A stretch of DNA of 39,680 bases. Origin: an uncultured archaeon (lineage in GTDB: Archaea; Asgardarchaeota; Thorarchaeia; Thorarchaeales; Thorarchaeaceae). The notes beneath the pieces were generated by a model, which worked only from the letters and a program-made list of their open reading frames with translations, searched no databases and was not told the origin of the DNA. Location of the stretch: assembly GCA_964590575.1 (NCBI GenBank), contig CAZPWM010000023.1, positions 1 through 39,680 of the forward strand. The letters run 5' to 3'. Below are positions 36,126-39,680 of the stretch, piece after piece. The position numbers and the translations under genes were made by a program. Within the stretch, counting starts at the first letter, position 1, and the number at the start of each line of letters is the position of its first letter.

Positions 36126-37199
36126 TCATTTCGTTATCATATTGAGAGAAGCTCCTTTGCCCACATTAACTATGTATGCAGTTCCTCCAGCCTGTTGAAT
36201 AGCAGACGCTGCTTCTTTCTCACAACCTGGTGCATAAGCCATCATAGATCCGCCTCCACCACTTCCATTGATTTTACATCCAACAGCACCAGCTCCTAGT
36301 GCTGCTTGTATCATTCTCTCAATCTTTGGCGTGGACCGGTTTAAGTCATCTCTTAGAATTTCATGATGCTCTTGTAACATCTCCCCTAACAAGTATAGGT
36401 CTGGATTGCTTATTGAAAGAAGATCGAGGGCTCTATTTGTGAGGTCTCTATTTCGTAGTGTGGCTTCAGCCATGCATCTCTCCTTGGTTGGCTTTCTTCC
36501 AGTTAATTCGTATACCAGATTTGCAGGAGTTGTTCTGCGGTTAAACGAGCTAATTTTCTTGGTTATTGCATCATACTCCTTCTCTACGGTTGTCCTGATG
36601 TATCGAAGGTCTCCAACCGTGTCCTTCTTTTTCTCACCAGAGTCACCGATGACAATTGAATCAAGGTGAGCTGGAAGCTTCGTGATTTTCTTACTCTCCA
36701 TATCAACATGAATTATCCCTCCAATAGCTGAGGCGAAGTGATCCATGGTTCCTCCACTCTCACCAAACTCTGCCACTTCTGCTTCGTATGCTGTAACTGC
36801 AACCTCTTCTTTGGAGAGTTTCTTCCCTTCCATTTCTGCAATTGCAATTATTACGCCAACAGTCATTGCTGAGGAACTAGACAATCCTGCAGCGATTGGA
36901 ATGGTTCCACTTACTTCTAGATTCCAACCATGCCTTGGTTTGAACCCCTTCCTACGCATCACATTGAATGCGCTTCTGATGTAGTCTCTGCTGTTGCGAT
37001 ATTTGAACTCTGAATCCAGTGAGAATGAATCCTTCTCTCCCAAGTCACTATATTCAACACAAATCAAATCATCCTCTCGAGGGGAAGTGACTATCTCTAT
37101 TGTCATATCTATGGCTGCAGCAATCACATCCAAACCCAGATAGTCACTGTGTTCCCCAAATAGACAAACACGACCAGGAGCTCTCACTCGAAATGCCAT
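36126..37199 (-). CDS. GHMP kinase, galactokinase-like
   Basis: APGRVCLFGEHSDY, PIAAGLSSS, G.MDH, GCKINGSGGGG. Confidence 0.88.
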   Translation of the reverse strand: MAFRVRAPGRVCLFGEHSDYLGLDVIAAAIDMTIEIVTSPREDDLICVEYSDLGEKDSFSLDSEFKYRNSRDYIRSAFNVMRRKGFKPRHGWNLEVSGTIPIAAGLSSSSAMTVGVIIAIAEMEGKKLSKEEVAVTAYEAEVAEFGESGGTMDHFASAIGGIIHVDMESKKITKLPAHLDSIVIGDSGEKKKDTVGDLRYIRTTVEKEYDAITKKISSFNRRTTPANLVYELTGRKPTKERCMAEATLRNRDLTNRALDLLSISNPDLYLLGEMLQEHHEILRDDLNRSTPKIERMIQAALGAGAVGCKINGSGGGGSMMAYAPGCEKEAASAIQQAGGTAYIVNVGKGASLNMITK

Positions 37200-37294
37200 T
37201 CATCTCACCAGTTACTTGAGTCATCTTGTATGACCTCCTTATGGCTTCTTTGTGAAATCCCAAGCCCAAAATAGTTGGACCTGTGGTAAAGTGA

Positions 37295-38389
37295 CTATTT
37301 TTGTTCAAAGGCTTGTTTTACTGCCGATTCGACATCTTCAGGCGTGACACCGGGCGATTCAATTTTGAACTTAGAATATGCCTCATTGATCTTCTTGAGA
37401 AGGTCACCAGTCTCTACTGTTGCACCTTTGAGCGACATCTCAAGGTTAGAGATAGCATCGACTGGTAGCATGAAGAAGTCGCCACTGATTACAACCTCGT
37501 TTAGCTTTCCTTCGACCTCTTCAGCAGTCACTCGCATGAGCCCGCCTGGTGCTTTGTAATTGGAAGTTCCTAGTCTGGTGGTAGCTGAGATTGTGACTGT
37601 GCGAGCATCCAGTCTTCCACCGCGCCTCCAGTGAAGCCACTCATCAGACATGTACTTAGGCTTGAGTTCATTCACTTTGCTGATTTCCCAGCTGTTGAAG
37701 TTACCAGGAACCAGCTCTATATCGAGAGTTTCTTCGTAGAGTCGAATTAGGTCTTCCTTCACCTTAGTTCGGTCAGGCATTGAACCAGTTTCGTGAAGGA
37801 TTGTGGACATTCTCTCACGGAGACTTTGGGCAACCTTGTCCCTGAACTTCTCATCAGGAACCTTGAGGACCTTCACCATCATATCGAAGTTGAAATCAAA
37901 TATCATATTACCGACAAGAATTCGAGCATCGCCGATATCTCCGGCACCATTACCCGAGATCTTCTTTCCATTTGCAATGATATCGTTCACCGGTTTGAAC
38001 TCTGCAGGGATTCCAAGATTCTTGTAAGCTTGCACAGGTGCCTCCAGAAACTTGGCATAGTAATCATCGATTCTTTTCGGCGTAGTGGGGCTATCCTTCC
38101 GGCCAATCAACTGGTAGAACATCTGTCCATTGTCGAGGTACACTCCACCACCACCGACCATTCGACGTGTGTAGAATATATCATTCTCCTGGCAGAACTT
38201 AGTATCTAGGTCTGCCTCAATTTCCTGAAAGTACCCCAAACTCACAAGTGGTTTTGCAGGCCAGCAGATAATGAGAGTATTCTCGGACTCTCCCTCAGTT
38301 ATCCCTTGAGCAATCATATCGTAGTTAATTTGGGTCTCGATCGGGGCTATTGGTCCGAGATCAAGAAGTCTCCAACTCTCAAGTGTCAT
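37295..38389 (-). CDS. lplA: lipoate-protein ligase A (catalytic plus C-terminal domain)
   Basis: VSLGYFQ, RR..GGG.VY, NDI..NGKKISG, C-terminal KAPGGL.RV...ISGDFF. Confidence 0.9.
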   Translation of the reverse strand: MTLESWRLLDLGPIAPIETQINYDMIAQGITEGESENTLIICWPAKPLVSLGYFQEIEADLDTKFCQENDIFYTRRMVGGGGVYLDNGQMFYQLIGRKDSPTTPKRIDDYYAKFLEAPVQAYKNLGIPAEFKPVNDIIANGKKISGNGAGDIGDARILVGNMIFDFNFDMMVKVLKVPDEKFRDKVAQSLRERMSTILHETGSMPDRTKVKEDLIRLYEETLDIELVPGNFNSWEISKVNELKPKYMSDEWLHWRRGGRLDARTVTISATTRLGTSNYKAPGGLMRVTAEEVEGKLNEVVISGDFFMLPVDAISNLEMSLKGATVETGDLLKKINEAYSKFKIESPGVTPEDVESAVKQAFEQK

Positions 38390-38500
38390 GACCTATTGCC
38401 AATTCTGTTCTCTTATATCCGTTACCAAATGAAACCAAATTTGTTTTGTGTAGGGATGCTAAGGCATAAATGGCTCCTAGGGAAATGACGCTCGATTCTG

Positions 38501-39265
38501 ATGATTGAAGCCATTGGTCTAAAGAAAATGTTCAGTGAGTTCACTGCTGTTGACAACCTATCATTTCAGGTTAACCCAGGAGAAATCTACGGGTTGTTAG
38601 GCCCCAATGGGTCTGGAAAATCAACCACAATGCGAATGCTCTTGGGACTACTAAAACCAACAGAAGGTACAGCTAAGGTGATGGGCTTCGACATTAGAAC
38701 TGAGATCGTTGAAGCAAAACGCATGATGGGCTATGTCCCAGAGGAACCTATTCTACCCGAGCGTTTGACCGGTTGGGAGTATGCAAACTATGTCAGCGAC
38801 ATTTGGCGAATCCCCCGAGGTCCACGGAGGGAAGAGGAACTAGATGAGCTTATGGTCCTGCTTGACATCAAGGACGCTAGTGATGATCTCATAGAAACAT
38901 ACTCGAAAGGAATGTCACGAAAGACTAGTCTTGTTGCCGCATTGATTCATGAACCGAAAGTCTTGATCTTAGATGAGGTCCAGGCTGGAATTGATCCAAG
39001 AGGAGCAGCTACGATTAAGGAGATTCTCAATGGTTTACGCGCAAAAGGCGCAACAATTCTGATGAGTACCCACATCTTGGAGATTGCTGAACAACTCTGT
39101 GATAGAATAGGTATAATCAACGAAGGTAAGATGGTTGCTGAGGGTTCAATGGATGAACTAAGAGTTCAGGCGAAAGGGGAGAAATCCCTTGAGGAGATAT
39201 TTCTGTCTTTGACAGGTGGACCTGATATGCAAAAGATTGCTGAATATCTTGGTGACGTGAAGTGA
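38501..39265 (+). CDS. ABC-2 type exporter ATP-binding protein
   Basis: GPNGSGKST, signature YSKGM, Walker B LILDE, switch STH. Confidence 0.95.
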   Translation: MIEAIGLKKMFSEFTAVDNLSFQVNPGEIYGLLGPNGSGKSTTMRMLLGLLKPTEGTAKVMGFDIRTEIVEAKRMMGYVPEEPILPERLTGWEYANYVSDIWRIPRGPRREEELDELMVLLDIKDASDDLIETYSKGMSRKTSLVAALIHEPKVLILDEVQAGIDPRGAATIKEILNGLRAKGATILMSTHILEIAEQLCDRIGIINEGKMVAEGSMDELRVQAKGEKSLEEIFLSLTGGPDMQKIAEYLGDVK

Positions 39266-39680
39266 CACTCAATGACCTATGGGTACTGTTGAAACAGGAC
39301 CTGACCCAAACTTTCAGAGTTTCCGGAGCAAAAGGAAAGAGAACTAAACAAAGGAGTGCACTTCGTCGTTTGTTCATTCCCATTGCAGCTGTGGCCTTTG
39401 CAATTCTGATAATTTGGGGTATTACTTGGGTTGTTCCCCGGTTTGGATGGGATATTCTTGATACAATACTTACAGACAATATTGGGACTGGGTCCTCACT
39501 TTTCAATGTCCTCCTACTTTTCTCGTTTATTGGGTCGATAATGGTTAGTGCCACAACGGTGGGGAATTCCTCAAGAATGGAATACCTCATGACGATGCCT
39601 CTCTCTCTTCGTACCCTGTTCCTCGAGAAGACTATCATAGTGATTCTATACAGCTCTGCATTCTTCCTTGTGATTGGAAC
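39262..39680 (+). CDS. ABC transporter permease, partial (runs off window end)
   Basis: Read manually: GTG at 39262 overlapping the ATPase stop (GTGA), GGTGA RBS; MTLNDLWVLLKQDL...TM segments...MEYLMTMPLS.R.LF..K, typical of ABC-2 permeases. Confidence 0.85.
   Translation, partial: MTLNDLWVLLKQDLTQTFRVSGAKGKRTKQRSALRRLFIPIAAVAFAILIIWGITWVVPRFGWDILDTILTDNIGTGSSLFNVLLLFSFIGSIMVSATTVGNSSRMEYLMTMPLSLRTLFLEKTIIVILYSSAFFLVIG

Noticed and set aside
39117-39638. 173-aa minus-strand ORF
   Set aside because: Antisense to the ABC ATPase end and the plus-strand permease, which has the RBS, the coupling overlap and the TM pattern.
1-39680. CRISPR arrays, IS elements, prophage genes, selenoprotein UGA read-through
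   Set aside because: By eye I saw no repeat-spacer arrays, transposase or integrase motifs, or genes interrupted by an in-frame TGA.

Overview
Gene-dense archaeal chromosomal segment with about 35 CDSs. I saw no rRNA, tRNA, CRISPR array or transposase. A Rab-like small GTPase, archaeal GGAGG/GGTGA RBSs, frequent TTG/GTG starts and an archaeal gene set suggest an Asgard archaeon (Thorarchaeota-like; this is inference). Housekeeping and metabolic genes: trmI, a lone HerA/DUF87 ATPase, an APC permease-RAM-USP operon, pyrF, a PLP aminotransferase, glmM, an alpha/beta hydrolase, a beta-propeller surface protein, an ATP-NAD kinase-like protein, a SAM hydrolase, ogt, a saccharopine-dehydrogenase-like protein plus FGGY kinase, MscS, an OYE, a form IV RuBisCO-like protein divergent from an fhs-folD-ftcD folate operon, a GHMP kinase, lplA and an ABC exporter. 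The most notable items are: (1) a small orphan protein (14149-14550) with a coiled coil, a Pro/Gly/Ala linker and a C-terminal motif closely resembling the Ena/VASP F-actin-binding helix; (2) a complete bacillithiol-type bshA/bshB/bshC cluster with a Zn-ribbon-like insert in BshC and an altered BshB catalytic motif; (3) the RLP/folate C1 block; (4) a possible KimA/KUP-like K+ transporter operon. All calls come from motif recognition by eye; no database searches were run.
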